Assembly (NCBI GenBank): GCA_963795855.1
Contig: CAWCIZ010000004.1
Coordinates: 128,001-192,000 of the forward strand
DNA from: Vulcanimicrobiota bacterium
GTDB lineage: Bacteria > Vulcanimicrobiota > Vulcanimicrobiia > Vulcanimicrobiales > Vulcanimicrobiaceae
Reading direction: 5' to 3'
Length of the DNA: 64,000 bases
This document shows positions 30,885-40,417 of the stretch, piece after piece; position 1 is the stretch's first letter, and every line of letters starts with the position of its first letter. The notes beneath the pieces are model-generated. The model saw only the letters and a program-made list of their open reading frames with translations. It was not told where the DNA came from and did no database searches. The translations under genes were made by a program, and so were the position numbers.

Positions 30885-31789
30885 CCGACGTTCAACGCCT
30901 GTTGCTGGGGTGGTACGCGCAGCATGGACGCGTGCATCTCCCATGGCGTGCGACGCGGGATCCGTACCGTATTCTGGTCAGCGAATTCATGCTGCAGCAG
31001 ACGCAAGTGGATCGCGTTCTTCCGAAGTACGACGCGTTCGTTTCGCGATTTCGCGATTTCCGATCGCTCGCCGCGGCAAGCACTGCCGACGTTTTACGCA
31101 TGTGGAAGGGCCTTGGCTATAATTCCCGGGCAGTGCGGCTCAGGCAGATCGCGCAAGAAATCGTCGAGCGGTTCGGCGGCGCCATGCCGCAGGACGTGGA
31201 AACGCTCCGGACGCTTCCGGGAATCGGCCCATACACGGTTTCGGCACTCCGCGCCTTCGCGTTCGGGTGCGACGACGCGGCGATCGACACGAACGTGCGC
31301 CGCGTCACGCACCGCGTTCTGTACGGACTTGAATTGCCGGCGCTGGTCGCAAAGGCGCAGCTGGACGCGCAAGCGCATGCGTTGGTACCGCCTGGCCGCG
31401 GCCACGATTGGAATTCCGCGATGATGGATCTAGGCTCATCGCTTTGTACGGCGCGCGCGCCGAAGTGCTTACTTTGCCCGTTGCAGACCGCATGCGCCGC
31501 CGCGCCGATCGATGCGGCGCAGCTCGAACGAGCGCGCAGCCGCCACGCCGTCAAGCGCTCTCCACAAGAAACGATTCCGTTCGAAAAGACGACGCGGTAC
31601 GCGCGCGGCCGCATCATCGATCGCCTCCGGGAACTTCCGCCGGGAAGGCGCATATCGCTGCTCGATCTCCACCATCAAGTCACCGGACGGATCGGCCGCA
31701 GCGCCGAGGAACTCGCAAACCTCGTGGACGTGCTCGCTCGCGACGGGCTCGTGCAAGTTCACGGCGAGCAGGTTTGCCTGCGCGACTAG
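30881..31789 (+). CDS. mutY: A/G-specific adenine glycosylase (short form)
   Basis: LPWR..DPYRILVSEFMLQQTQVDRV, WKGLGYNSRA, LPGIGPYT HhH, DTNVRRV, C-x6-C-x2-C-x5-C Fe-S motif. Confidence 0.9.
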   Translation: MTDVQRLLLGWYAQHGRVHLPWRATRDPYRILVSEFMLQQTQVDRVLPKYDAFVSRFRDFRSLAAASTADVLRMWKGLGYNSRAVRLRQIAQEIVERFGGAMPQDVETLRTLPGIGPYTVSALRAFAFGCDDAAIDTNVRRVTHRVLYGLELPALVAKAQLDAQAHALVPPGRGHDWNSAMMDLGSSLCTARAPKCLLCPLQTACAAAPIDAAQLERARSRHAVKRSPQETIPFEKTTRYARGRIIDRLRELPPGRRISLLDLHHQVTGRIGRSAEELANLVDVLARDGLVQVHGEQVCLRD

Positions 31790-31802
31790 CAGAGGATAGC
31801 GT

Positions 31803-32552
31803 ATGCCGAAGATTCCCTTCCCGCTGCGCCGCGTTTCGAAAGAGGTCGCGCGCCGGCAACTGGCGATTCTGGAACGCACGTATCCGCACGCCGAAACGGC
31901 GCTCGCGTATTCAAACGCGTTCGAATTGCTCGTCGCCGTGATCCTGTCCGCTCAGTGCACCGACGCGCGCGTGAATATGACGACGCCGATCCTGTTCGAG
32001 AAGTATCCGACCGCGAAAAAACTCGCCTCAGCCGAGCAAGAAGACGTCGAGACTATCATCAAGTCGTGCGGGTTCTTCCGGATGAAAGCGCGCAACATCG
32101 TGAATTGCGCGCGCGAGCTGGTCGAAAAGTATGGCGGCGAGGTTCCGCGAGAGCGGGAACAATTGGAAGCCCTCGCGGGCGTTGGGCGAAAGACCGCGAA
32201 CGTGGTCATGTCGGTTGCGTTCGAAGAGGCCGCGATCGCCGTCGACACGCACGTGTTTCGCGTCGCGCACCGGCTCGGGCTTACGCTCGGGAAGACTCCT
32301 CGCGAGGTTGAGAACGATCTCGAAGCGATCGTGCCCCGCAGCGATTGGCGGCACGCGCATCATTGGCTCATCTTGCACGGACGCGCGATTTGCAAAGCGC
32401 CCGTGCCGCTGTGCGCGCAATGTCCGGTACGCGACTTATGTCCGACGCCGAAGATTTTGGCTAAAAGCTTAGGGGCCCGGGGCCGTTCAAATGCGGCGGA
32501 CGCGGCAGCTCGGCGTCCTGCGCGATCCGCTTCAACAAAGAAGAAGGCGTAA
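31803..32552 (+). CDS. nth: Endonuclease III
   Basis: FELLVAVILSAQCTDARVN, GVGRKTANVV, VDTHVFRV, HGRAIC..C..C..C. Confidence 0.95.
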   Translation: MPKIPFPLRRVSKEVARRQLAILERTYPHAETALAYSNAFELLVAVILSAQCTDARVNMTTPILFEKYPTAKKLASAEQEDVETIIKSCGFFRMKARNIVNCARELVEKYGGEVPREREQLEALAGVGRKTANVVMSVAFEEAAIAVDTHVFRVAHRLGLTLGKTPREVENDLEAIVPRSDWRHAHHWLILHGRAICKAPVPLCAQCPVRDLCPTPKILAKSLGARGRSNAADAAARRPARSASTKKKA

Positions 32553-32976
32553 GGGCTTCGCCGTATCCGGCTTCGGTCGATATTTTGGAAAGATTGATCA
32601 GCGACGGGGTCGGTGCATCGGGGTCGAACTGCCATTCGCCGTCGAGATCGAGACCAGCGATCCGCACGAGTTGATGGACTTCATCGAGATCCAGACCGAC
32701 TCGCTTGTCGCCGAAGCGCAACCGCAAGCGCGGCGGCTTCTCCAAACGAATGAATTTTACGCCGGCGCGCGCGCCTAAGATCGCGTTCAGGCGTTTCGAC
32801 GCCAGCTGCAGACGCTCGCCGAATGCGGCGAAAGCGGTTTCCGCATCTTCGAACGCGATCGGCTGCGCGGGTTCCCCTTCGACGACGGTATCGATCTCCT
32901 TACGCGCGCGGATTCGCATGGCGGCGGCGACAATGGGATTTTGGCGGGTGAACTCCTCGTCGAACGGATCGGGCAT
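32461..32976 (-). CDS. Hypothetical protein
   Basis: ATG 32976 (MPDPFDEEF...); globular composition; 3' end overlaps the non-conserved tail of nth. Confidence 0.6.
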   Translation of the reverse strand: MPDPFDEEFTRQNPIVAAAMRIRARKEIDTVVEGEPAQPIAFEDAETAFAAFGERLQLASKRLNAILGARAGVKFIRLEKPPRLRLRFGDKRVGLDLDEVHQLVRIAGLDLDGEWQFDPDAPTPSLINLSKISTEAGYGEALTPSSLLKRIAQDAELPRPPHLNGPGPLSF

Positions 32977-33021
32977 TTCGCAGCAAGTATTCGCGGGACG
33001 CGCCGGTGAACTCCGCCTCCC

Positions 33022-33834
33022 ATGAACCCGAAACTGCCGGTGCCCGACCACAGTGTCGTGGTCGATACGCCGGGCTGGCGGAAGATCAAGCCGCGGATAC
33101 CCGATACGCCGCAACGCCGCACGCTCGAGCGCCAGCGGAGCATCCGCGAACTCGTGTTCGGCGTACAGGACGGGATTCTCACCACGCTCGGCATCGTGAC
33201 CGGCGTCGGAGAGGCGGAAGGCAAGCACTGGTTCGTCATCATCAGCGGGTTGCTCGCGCTGATTTCCGGTGCGCTTTCGATGGGCGTCGGCGAGTATTTG
33301 GGATCGAAGGCGGAGCGTGAGGTCGTGCAGGCAGCCATCGATATGGAGCGATCCGAAATGGAAGCGCATCCGGAAGACGAGTTCGCCGAGCAAGTCGCGT
33401 ACTACAAGCTCAAGGGCTTCAGCGCGGACGAGGCGCACACGATCGTCAAGCGCCTGGCGCAGAATCCCGAGATCTACTTGTATGAAATGATGCGCGACGA
33501 ATTCGGAATCGATCCGCGTATTGCCGAAAAGGTCAGCCTGCGCGGTCCGCTCGCGATGGCCGGTTCGTTCGCGATCGGCTCGCTGCTGCCGATCATTCCG
33601 TATTTTACGCCTTGGAACCCGCGCCTTACCCTGATCGTGAGTTTGGTGTTTGCCATTGCGGGACTATTCGGAATCGGGTTCTACGCCGGGACGCTCAGTG
33701 AGCGCAGCCCCTGGCGCAAAGGCATCGAGATCGTGCTGTTCGGGATGGTAGTATTCGCATTGTCGTGGGCGGCGGGCTACTACATACCGACGCTGCTCGG
33801 CCACAGACCCGGCGGGCTGTTGGGCGTAGGTTAA
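33022..33834 (+). CDS. VIT1/CCC1 Fe/Mn transporter family protein
   Basis: VFGVQDGI, GALSMGVGEYLG, E-rich cytoplasmic loop, GSLLPIIPY. Confidence 0.9.
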   Translation: MNPKLPVPDHSVVVDTPGWRKIKPRIPDTPQRRTLERQRSIRELVFGVQDGILTTLGIVTGVGEAEGKHWFVIISGLLALISGALSMGVGEYLGSKAEREVVQAAIDMERSEMEAHPEDEFAEQVAYYKLKGFSADEAHTIVKRLAQNPEIYLYEMMRDEFGIDPRIAEKVSLRGPLAMAGSFAIGSLLPIIPYFTPWNPRLTLIVSLVFAIAGLFGIGFYAGTLSERSPWRKGIEIVLFGMVVFALSWAAGYYIPTLLGHRPGGLLGVG

Positions 33835-33836
33835 CG

Positions 33837-35420
33837 GTGGAGCGAAATCTGCGCCTTCTGTGCGCCGCACTGGCGGTTTCGATCCTCGCGGCCTGCAGTC
33901 GCGGGCCGGTACACAACGCGGGCGCCCAGACGCTGCGCGTTGCTGTGTTTGCCGACGTCAAGACGTTGAATCCTCTGTTGGACTCGACTACCAACGATGG
34001 ATTCGTGCAACGGTTCACGTTCGAACCACTCATCTCCGCGAACGCGCGAGGCGAACCCGTGCCGATTCTCGCCGCGGAAGTGCCGTCTCGCGAAAATCGC
34101 GGAATCGGCGCGGACGGTTTGACGGTTACCTATCACTTGCGCCGCAACGCGCGATGGTCCGACGGCGTGCCGGTCACGGCGGCAGACGTGAAATTTTCGT
34201 GGCAAGCGATCATGAACCCGCAGAACGACATCGCGTCCCGCCACGGCTACGACGACGTGCAGCGAATCGACACACCGGATCGGTACACGGTAGTCGTGCA
34301 TTTGAAGCAGCCGTTCGCACCGTTCATCACGACGTTCTTCGGCGAGAGCGATCAAGGGTACGACGTGGTCCCGGCGCACGTCTTAGCAAAATATCCGAAC
34401 ATCAACCACGTTTCCTTCGACTCCGATCCGACCGTGACGGACGGTCCGTTCACGTTCGTTTCGTGGTCCCACGGCGACCGCGTCGTTTTGAAAGCGAACG
34501 ACGACTTTTTCCTTGGCAAACCGCACTTGCGCCGCATAATCATCGAAGTGGTTCCAAACGAGGACACAGAGATCAATCTGCTCCAGACGCATGCCGTCGA
34601 CTATATGCTCGAACCATCGATAGCGACGTACCCCGCCATGAAAGCCGCGCGCGGCGTTCATATCGTGTGGGTGAACGTGAACGGATACGAGGGCATGGCG
34701 TTCAATTTGAATCGCTCGCCGCTGAGCGATCCGCGCGTGCGGCTCGCACTTGCGTATGGAATCGACAAACAAAAACTGCTCGACACTCTGACGTTCGGAC
34801 AAGAAAAGATCGCCACTGAGGATTTACCCGACTGGATGTGGGCGTCGAACCCCGCACTTCATCCCCTCCCGTATGACCCGGGCAAGGCTCGGGCGCTCTT
34901 GCGGGCCGCGGGCGTACGCCTTCCGCTGCAACTGCTACTCGTCACCGACACGGGAGACGTGACGCACGCGCGCGAGGCAGTGCAGCTGCAGGCGCTGCTG
35001 CGAAAAATAGGCGTGGCGATAGAAGTGAAGATGTATCCGGCGGATCTGCTTTACGCGCCGGCCGGCGCAGGCGGAGTGATAACCGGCGGAAAATTCGATC
35101 TCGCGCTCTTTCCTTGGTTCTCGGGAATCGATCCGGACGATTCCGCGCAGTTTTCGTGCGTGAACGCGGCACCGCACGGATGGAACGTCGCGCGATATTG
35201 CAACCGCGAGATGGACGCCCTGCAGAAACAAGCGCTGACGCACTACGACCGGCCCGCCCGCGAACGAGCCTACCATAGCATTCAAGCAATGCTTGCGCGT
35301 GACAATCCGCTCGTGTTCTTCTGGTGGCGCCGCCAAGCGCAAGCGCTGTCGGTCGATTTGCATGGGTTTGCGCCGAATCCCGTAACCGAGTCGTGGAACG
35401 CATGGGAGTGGAGCCTCTGA
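33837..35420 (+). CDS. Peptide ABC transporter substrate-binding lipoprotein (family 5)
   Basis: Lipobox LAAC; LRRNARWSDGVPVTAADVKFS; paralog of 11627-13261. Confidence 0.88.
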   Translation: MERNLRLLCAALAVSILAACSRGPVHNAGAQTLRVAVFADVKTLNPLLDSTTNDGFVQRFTFEPLISANARGEPVPILAAEVPSRENRGIGADGLTVTYHLRRNARWSDGVPVTAADVKFSWQAIMNPQNDIASRHGYDDVQRIDTPDRYTVVVHLKQPFAPFITTFFGESDQGYDVVPAHVLAKYPNINHVSFDSDPTVTDGPFTFVSWSHGDRVVLKANDDFFLGKPHLRRIIIEVVPNEDTEINLLQTHAVDYMLEPSIATYPAMKAARGVHIVWVNVNGYEGMAFNLNRSPLSDPRVRLALAYGIDKQKLLDTLTFGQEKIATEDLPDWMWASNPALHPLPYDPGKARALLRAAGVRLPLQLLLVTDTGDVTHAREAVQLQALLRKIGVAIEVKMYPADLLYAPAGAGGVITGGKFDLALFPWFSGIDPDDSAQFSCVNAAPHGWNVARYCNREMDALQKQALTHYDRPARERAYHSIQAMLARDNPLVFFWWRRQAQALSVDLHGFAPNPVTESWNAWEWSL

Positions 35421-35424
35421 ACCG

Positions 35425-36552
35425 ATGTACGACGTCGTCGTCATCGGCTTGGGTGGAATGGGGAGCGCCGCACTCGCACATTGCGCGCTTCGCGGAGTGC
35501 GCGCGCTTGGAATAGAGCAGTTTGAGCCGCTTCACGAACTCGGCGCATCGTCCGGGCAAACGCGCGTAATCCGCCAAGCGTATTATGAGGATCCGGCATA
35601 CGTGCCGCTGCTGTTGCGCGCGTACGAGCTTTGGGGAGATTTAGAACGCCGCACGGAAACGGAATTGCTGCACCTCGCCGGGTTGTTGATGGTTGGGACG
35701 CCGGACACTGAATTGATCCGCGGTTCTTCGCTCGCCGCTCGCCTTTACGATTTGCCGGTGGAGCATTTGGATGCGTCCGAACTGCGGCGCAGATATCCGC
35801 TGCTGAACGTACGCGACGAAGAGAGCGGCGTATTCGAAGCGCGAGCGGGCGCGATTTTTCCGGAACGTGCCGTCCGAGCGCATCTCGATCTCGCACGCGA
35901 TAGCGGCGCGGAGACGCTCTTTGGCTTGGCGATGCAAGAATGGGATGCGGATGCAGACGGCATCACCGTGAAACTCTCGGACGGTTCCTCGTTTCGCTCG
36001 CGTTCCATGGTCCTAACGCTCGGGCCATGGTTCGAACGTGAATTGCGCGATGCCGGAGTGCCGATGCGCGTGCAGCGAAACGTGCAGGTCTGGTTCACTC
36101 CGCGAAATGGCGCGTACGGCGCCGGCCGCTTTCCCGCATTCTTCATCGAGCGGGAGTCGCTGCCGGCGCCGCTGTACGGTTTTCCGGATTACGGAGCGGG
36201 CGTGAAGGCGGCCTTTCACGGTTATGGCGACTTCGTCGAGCCGACCAGGCTGCAGCGTTCGATCGATGAGAGTGCGGACGTGAAACCCGTTGCGGACGCC
36301 GTGGAGCAATTCATGCCGGGCGGCGCGGCACGGTATCGTGCCGGCAAGGCGTGCATGTATTCTCTGACGCCGGATCGTCATTTTGCGATCGACCGTCATC
36401 CACGAAACGAACGCGTCGTGCTGTGCGGTGGATTCTCCGGGCACGGGTTCAAATTCGCGAGCGTCGTCGGCGAAATCGCCGCGCAACTGGCGCTCGACGG
36501 CGGCACACGTCACGACATCGGATTCCTTTCGTTCGATCGCTTCACGAAATAA
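35425..36552 (+). CDS. solA: N-methyl-L-tryptophan/sarcosine oxidase family flavoprotein
   Basis: GLGGMGSA, SSGQTRVIRQAYYE, CMYSLTPD (covalent FAD Cys), GFSGHGFKF. Confidence 0.85.
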   Translation: MYDVVVIGLGGMGSAALAHCALRGVRALGIEQFEPLHELGASSGQTRVIRQAYYEDPAYVPLLLRAYELWGDLERRTETELLHLAGLLMVGTPDTELIRGSSLAARLYDLPVEHLDASELRRRYPLLNVRDEESGVFEARAGAIFPERAVRAHLDLARDSGAETLFGLAMQEWDADADGITVKLSDGSSFRSRSMVLTLGPWFERELRDAGVPMRVQRNVQVWFTPRNGAYGAGRFPAFFIERESLPAPLYGFPDYGAGVKAAFHGYGDFVEPTRLQRSIDESADVKPVADAVEQFMPGGAARYRAGKACMYSLTPDRHFAIDRHPRNERVVLCGGFSGHGFKFASVVGEIAAQLALDGGTRHDIGFLSFDRFTK

Positions 36553-36577
36553 AAAAAGCGCGGTCTTTCGACCGCGC
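36551..36577 (-). terminator. Rho-independent terminator of the Lys/Ala-rich gene
   Basis: GCGCGGTC-tttc-GACCGCGC hairpin (36558-36577) with an adjacent A7 run (U7 on the minus strand). Confidence 0.75.
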
Positions 36578-36604
36578 GGGATAAACGAAATAAAGACGGG
36601 TGTA

Positions 36605-37027
36605 TTACGGTTTCTTGGTCTTGGGGGTGGTCTTCGCAGCCTTCGTTGCTTTGGTCGCTTTGGCGGCCTTCGCAGACTTGGCGGCCTTCACGGTCTTGGC
36701 GGCCTTCATCGTTTTGTTCGACTTGGCAGCCTTCACTTTGTCGGCCATCTTTTTGATGTTCTTCTTGGTCTTGGCAGCCTTGGCGGCTTTCGTCGCCTTC
36801 GCAGCCTTGGCCATCTTAGCCGTCTTCGCAGAGGCCTTCACTTTGTCGGCCGTCTTTTTGATCTTCTTGGCGGTGGTCGCCTTTTTGGCGGCAACCTTCT
36901 TCGCCGGCGCGGTTGTCTTCACCGCAGCCTTGGTCGTGGTCTTGGCGGCGGTCGTCTTGGTGGCGGCCATGGCCGTACCGGTGAGCAGAAACGCTGCCGC
37001 GATCAATGACGCGAGTACTTTGTTCAA
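36605..37027 (-). CDS. Exported, highly basic Lys/Ala/Thr-rich low-complexity protein (Asr/histone-H1-like composition)
   Basis: Strong SD AAAGGAGG, TTG start, signal peptide NKVLASLIAAAFLLTGTAMAA, then KAAK repeats; has its own terminator. Confidence 0.8.
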   Translation of the reverse strand: MNKVLASLIAAAFLLTGTAMAATKTTAAKTTTKAAVKTTAPAKKVAAKKATTAKKIKKTADKVKASAKTAKMAKAAKATKAAKAAKTKKNIKKMADKVKAAKSNKTMKAAKTVKAAKSAKAAKATKATKAAKTTPKTKKP

Positions 37028-37199
37028 CGTAATTTCCTCCTTTCGCACGAGCGTCGAGCGCTCTGAAAACTCCGAGCGTCGCACAGGCATAACGCCGGGC
37101 GACGCCCGTCTGTTTCGCTTGCTTGCCCGGCAGCCCTTTTAGTTTCGGTTAAGCGCCTTAATCGAGCGCGGCCGAAGCGCGCGCTCGCTCGAAACCCTG

Positions 37200-38363
37200 C
37201 TATTTCGATTTGCCGACCAGATTGCGCGAGATCACGAGGCGCTGGATCTGCTGCGTGCCTTCGTATATCTGCGTTATTTTCGCGTCGCGCATCATCCGTT
37301 CGACGGGGTAGTCGACGGAATAGCCGTAGCCGCCGAGGATTTGCACGGCGTCCGTCGTCACGTTCATTGCCGTGTCGCCGCATTTCAACTTGCACATCGC
37401 GGCCCACAACGTAACGTCCGCCGCGCCTTCGTCGCATTTGCGTGCCGCTTCATAGAGCAGCAGGCGCGCGGCTTCCACTTCGGTCTTCATGTCCGCCAGC
37501 ATGAATCCCACGCCTTGCTGTTGACCGATCGGCTTGCCGAACGCAACGCGCTCGCGCGCGTAATTCGTCGCATACTCGAGTGCGCCGGCGGCAATGCCGA
37601 GCGCTTGGGCCGCGATGCCGGGGCGCGACTTGTCCAGCACTTTCATCGCGATCTTGAAACCTTCGCCTTCGTTGCCGAGCAGGTTCGCCGCCGGAACTTC
37701 GCAATTGTCGAAAACCAGTTCCACGGTCGGAGATCCTCGGATGCCCATTTTCTTCTCGAGTTTGCCGACGCTGAAGCCGGGAAAGGTTTTCTCGACGATG
37801 AACGCGCTGATGCCGTTCGGGCCCTTTTGCGGATCGGTGACGGCAAATACGCACACGACGTCCGCGACGCTGCCGTTCGTGATCCAGATTTTTTGACCGT
37901 TCAGAACGTAGGTATCGCCGCGTTTTTCAGCGCGTGCGCGCATGGAACCAGCCGCGTCGGAGCCGCTGCCCGCTTCAGTGAGTGCGTATGCCGCGATCCA
38001 TTCACCGCTTGCGAGCTTAGGAAGGTAGGTTTTTTTCTGCTCTTCGCTGCCGCCGATCAGAATCGGCAGCATGCCCAATTCCTGAACTGCGACGATAAGC
38101 GAACTGGAGGCGCACGCTTTGGCGATCTCTTCGACCACTTTCACGTACGTCAGGAACGTACCGCCCAAGCCGCCGTACTCGGCGGGAATCGGGATGCCCA
38201 TGAGGTCGTTCTGAGCGAACAGCTTGCGGATGTCTTGCGGATATTCACCGCGTTCGTCGATATCGGCGGCGCGCGGCGCGACTTTTTCGGCAACGAGTTC
38301 GCGCACCACGTCGAGGATCATCGCCTCTTCGTCGGAAGCGTGATGCGGGCTGGCGAGGGCCAT
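37200..38363 (-). CDS. Acyl-CoA dehydrogenase
   Basis: ALTEAGSGSDA, LNGQKIWITNG, KMGIRGS, QILGGYGY, RDAKITQIYEGTQQIQ. Confidence 0.93.
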   Translation of the reverse strand: MALASPHHASDEEAMILDVVRELVAEKVAPRAADIDERGEYPQDIRKLFAQNDLMGIPIPAEYGGLGGTFLTYVKVVEEIAKACASSSLIVAVQELGMLPILIGGSEEQKKTYLPKLASGEWIAAYALTEAGSGSDAAGSMRARAEKRGDTYVLNGQKIWITNGSVADVVCVFAVTDPQKGPNGISAFIVEKTFPGFSVGKLEKKMGIRGSPTVELVFDNCEVPAANLLGNEGEGFKIAMKVLDKSRPGIAAQALGIAAGALEYATNYARERVAFGKPIGQQQGVGFMLADMKTEVEAARLLLYEAARKCDEGAADVTLWAAMCKLKCGDTAMNVTTDAVQILGGYGYSVDYPVERMMRDAKITQIYEGTQQIQRLVISRNLVGKSK

Positions 38364-38454
38364 TGGCGTGTGGATCTCCTGATGAGCGGGGGTAGAGACG
38401 CGAAAACTTCGCGGGGCGGGACCCCGCGTCCCCGCTATAGCATTACCGGCTTCT

Positions 38455-39213
38455 ATGGACAAAGTCGTCTCTTCGTGCGCCGAGGCGGTGAAAGACATTT
38501 CGAGCGGCGCATCCATCGCCGTGGGCGGGTTCGGCCTGAACGGCATTCCGCACAACCTGATCCAGGCGCTGTTCGAGCAGGGCGCGACCGACTTGGTTAC
38601 GGTTTCGAACAATTGCGGCGTTGACGGCTGGGGATTGGGCGTACTGCTGGACGCGAAACGCATCAAGCGCACCACCGGATCGTACGTCGGCGAAAACCGC
38701 GAGTTCGAACGGCAGTACCTGCAGGGCGAACTCGAAGTGGAATTGGTGCCGCAAGGCACGCTCGCCGAACGGCTGCGCGCCGGAGGCTGCGGCATACCGG
38801 CCTTCTATACTCCTGCCGGCGTCGGCACGCAAGTGGCCGAGGGCGGACTTCCGTGGAAGCACGCGCCTGACGGCAGCATCGCCAAACCATCGCCGAAGAA
38901 AGAGACCCGCGCTTTCGACGGACGCGACTATGTGCTCGAAGCGGGCATCGTTTGCGATTTCGCGCTGGTGCGCGCGAGCATCGGCGATCGCCACGGCAAT
39001 CTCATCTTTCACAAGGCGACGCGAAACTTCAATCCGTTGTGCGCCATGGCCGGAAAAATCACGATCGCAGAGGTCGAAAAGTTGGTCGAACCGGGCGAAA
39101 TCGATCCGGAACAGGTGCATCTGCCCGGCATCTTCGTGCAGCGTGTCGTGCACGTTGGATCGGCCGGCAAACGCATCGAACGCGTCACTACGCGAAAGAA
39201 AGGTACTCGATAA
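38455..39213 (+). CDS. scoA: 3-oxoacid CoA-transferase subunit A
   Basis: GGFGLNGIP, SNNCG, SYVGEN, PQGTLAERLRAGG, RNFNP. Confidence 0.92.
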   Translation: MDKVVSSCAEAVKDISSGASIAVGGFGLNGIPHNLIQALFEQGATDLVTVSNNCGVDGWGLGVLLDAKRIKRTTGSYVGENREFERQYLQGELEVELVPQGTLAERLRAGGCGIPAFYTPAGVGTQVAEGGLPWKHAPDGSIAKPSPKKETRAFDGRDYVLEAGIVCDFALVRASIGDRHGNLIFHKATRNFNPLCAMAGKITIAEVEKLVEPGEIDPEQVHLPGIFVQRVVHVGSAGKRIERVTTRKKGTR

Positions 39214-39300
39214 TGCGGCGTCCGCGGCCCCGCCGACGGCGGACATTCCTGTTGCGCGTGTGCCGAACGGCGGCGCGAAGGCTAGACCGCAGCGCCTTAA
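39214..39300 (+). repeat. Dispersed CTAG-loop hairpin element, copy 2 (between scoA and scoB)
   Basis: GGCGCGAAGGCTAGACCGCAGCGCC at 39272-39296; adjacent CGTGTGCCGAACGGC matches 45701-45715 (reverse complement) at 14/15. Confidence 0.7.
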
Positions 39301-39321
39301 AAACCAAAGGGGTTTCCTAGG

Positions 39322-39990
39322 ATGGCGATTTCGCGAACACAACTCGCCGCACGCGTTGCTCAGGAGTTGCGCAACGGACAATACGTTAATCTGGGCATCG
39401 GCTTACCAACGCTGATTCCGAATTATCTTCCCGCGGGCGTTACCGTCGTGCTGCAAAGTGAAAACGGCATTTTGGGCATGGGGCCGTATCCGTTTGAAGG
39501 CGAGGAAGACGCGGATCTCATCAACGCCGGCAAGGAAACCGTCACCGTTCTGCCGGGCGCATCGTTTTTCGATTCATCGCTTTCGTTCGGGATGATCCGC
39601 GGCGGACACATCGACGTCGCGGTGCTGGGCGCCATGCAGGTCTCCGAGAAGGGCGACCTGTCGAATTGGATGATTCCCGGCAAAATGGTCAAAGGAATGG
39701 GCGGAGCGATGGATCTTGTGCATGGAGCCAAGTATTTGATCGTGATGATGGAGCACGTCGCAAAAGGCGGTGCGCACAAGATCGTCAAGGAATGCGATCT
39801 CCCCTACACGGGCCGCGCCGTCGTGAATCGCATCATCACCGATCTCGCGACGATCGACGTTACCCCGCAAGGATTAGTGCTTCGCGAACTCGCCCCCGGC
39901 GTGAGCGTCGATGAGGTGCGCGAGGCAACCGGCGCGCCGCTGCATGTGCCCGAAGAACCGAAAACGATGCGGATCGATGGATCCGCTTGA
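39322..39990 (+). CDS. scoB: 3-oxoacid CoA-transferase subunit B
   Basis: [14 protein letters not shown] catalytic Glu, [17 protein letters not shown]. Confidence 0.93.
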   Translation: MAISRTQLAARVAQELRNGQYVNLGIGLPTLIPNYLPAGVTVVLQSENGILGMGPYPFEGEEDADLINAGKETVTVLPGASFFDSSLSFGMIRGGHIDVAVLGAMQVSEKGDLSNWMIPGKMVKGMGGAMDLVHGAKYLIVMMEHVAKGGAHKIVKECDLPYTGRAVVNRIITDLATIDVTPQGLVLRELAPGVSVDEVREATGAPLHVPEEPKTMRIDGSA

Positions 39991-40417
39991 CCTCATCGTC
40001 GCGCCTCCACGGTCGCCGCGCGTTCGGCTCGCCGGATTGCTCATGCTCGCAAGAACCGTGGACAAGGCGCGCGCCCAGCTTCACGGCGGAAAACCCGGTC
40101 GCTACTACATAACGCCGGGGCTCAGCGAATGGCTGCTTCGAAAATTGCGGTTCTCGGAAGCGGAATTCGTCGATCTGGTCGCTCACGCAACGGACGAGAC
40201 GCAAATCGTCGCAGAAGTGCAGGAGCGCTGCTCGCCCGAACGCATCGCGCATCTCAACCAATACATGGAATCGTTCACCGTCGCTGCGGTTCCGGAGCAC
40301 ATGCGGGAACGGTTTTTTGAAGACCAGGGCGAGGCGCCGGCAGCGGAACTAGTGATCGACGCGATCGAACGCGACGATCGTCACATGGCTTCCGCGCGCG
40401 CAAACCCGGTGCCCTGA
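39977..40417 (+). CDS. DUF5069-like protein
   Basis: DL...[20 protein letters not shown]...G..G.Y N-terminal signature. Confidence 0.65.
   Translation: MDPLDLIVAPPRSPRVRLAGLLMLARTVDKARAQLHGGKPGRYYITPGLSEWLLRKLRFSEAEFVDLVAHATDETQIVAEVQERCSPERIAHLNQYMESFTVAAVPEHMRERFFEDQGEAPAAELVIDAIERDDRHMASARANPVP

Noticed and set aside
32461..32552. Convergent 3' overlaps (nth/hypothetical 92 bp; DUF5069/ABC permease 37 bp) as antisense regulation
   Set aside because: They involve non-conserved tails and are common in compact GC-rich genomes.
36600..37142. 180-aa very hydrophobic + strand ORF resembling a membrane protein
   Set aside because: It is the antisense shadow of the Lys/Ala repeat gene, which has the SD, signal peptide and terminator.
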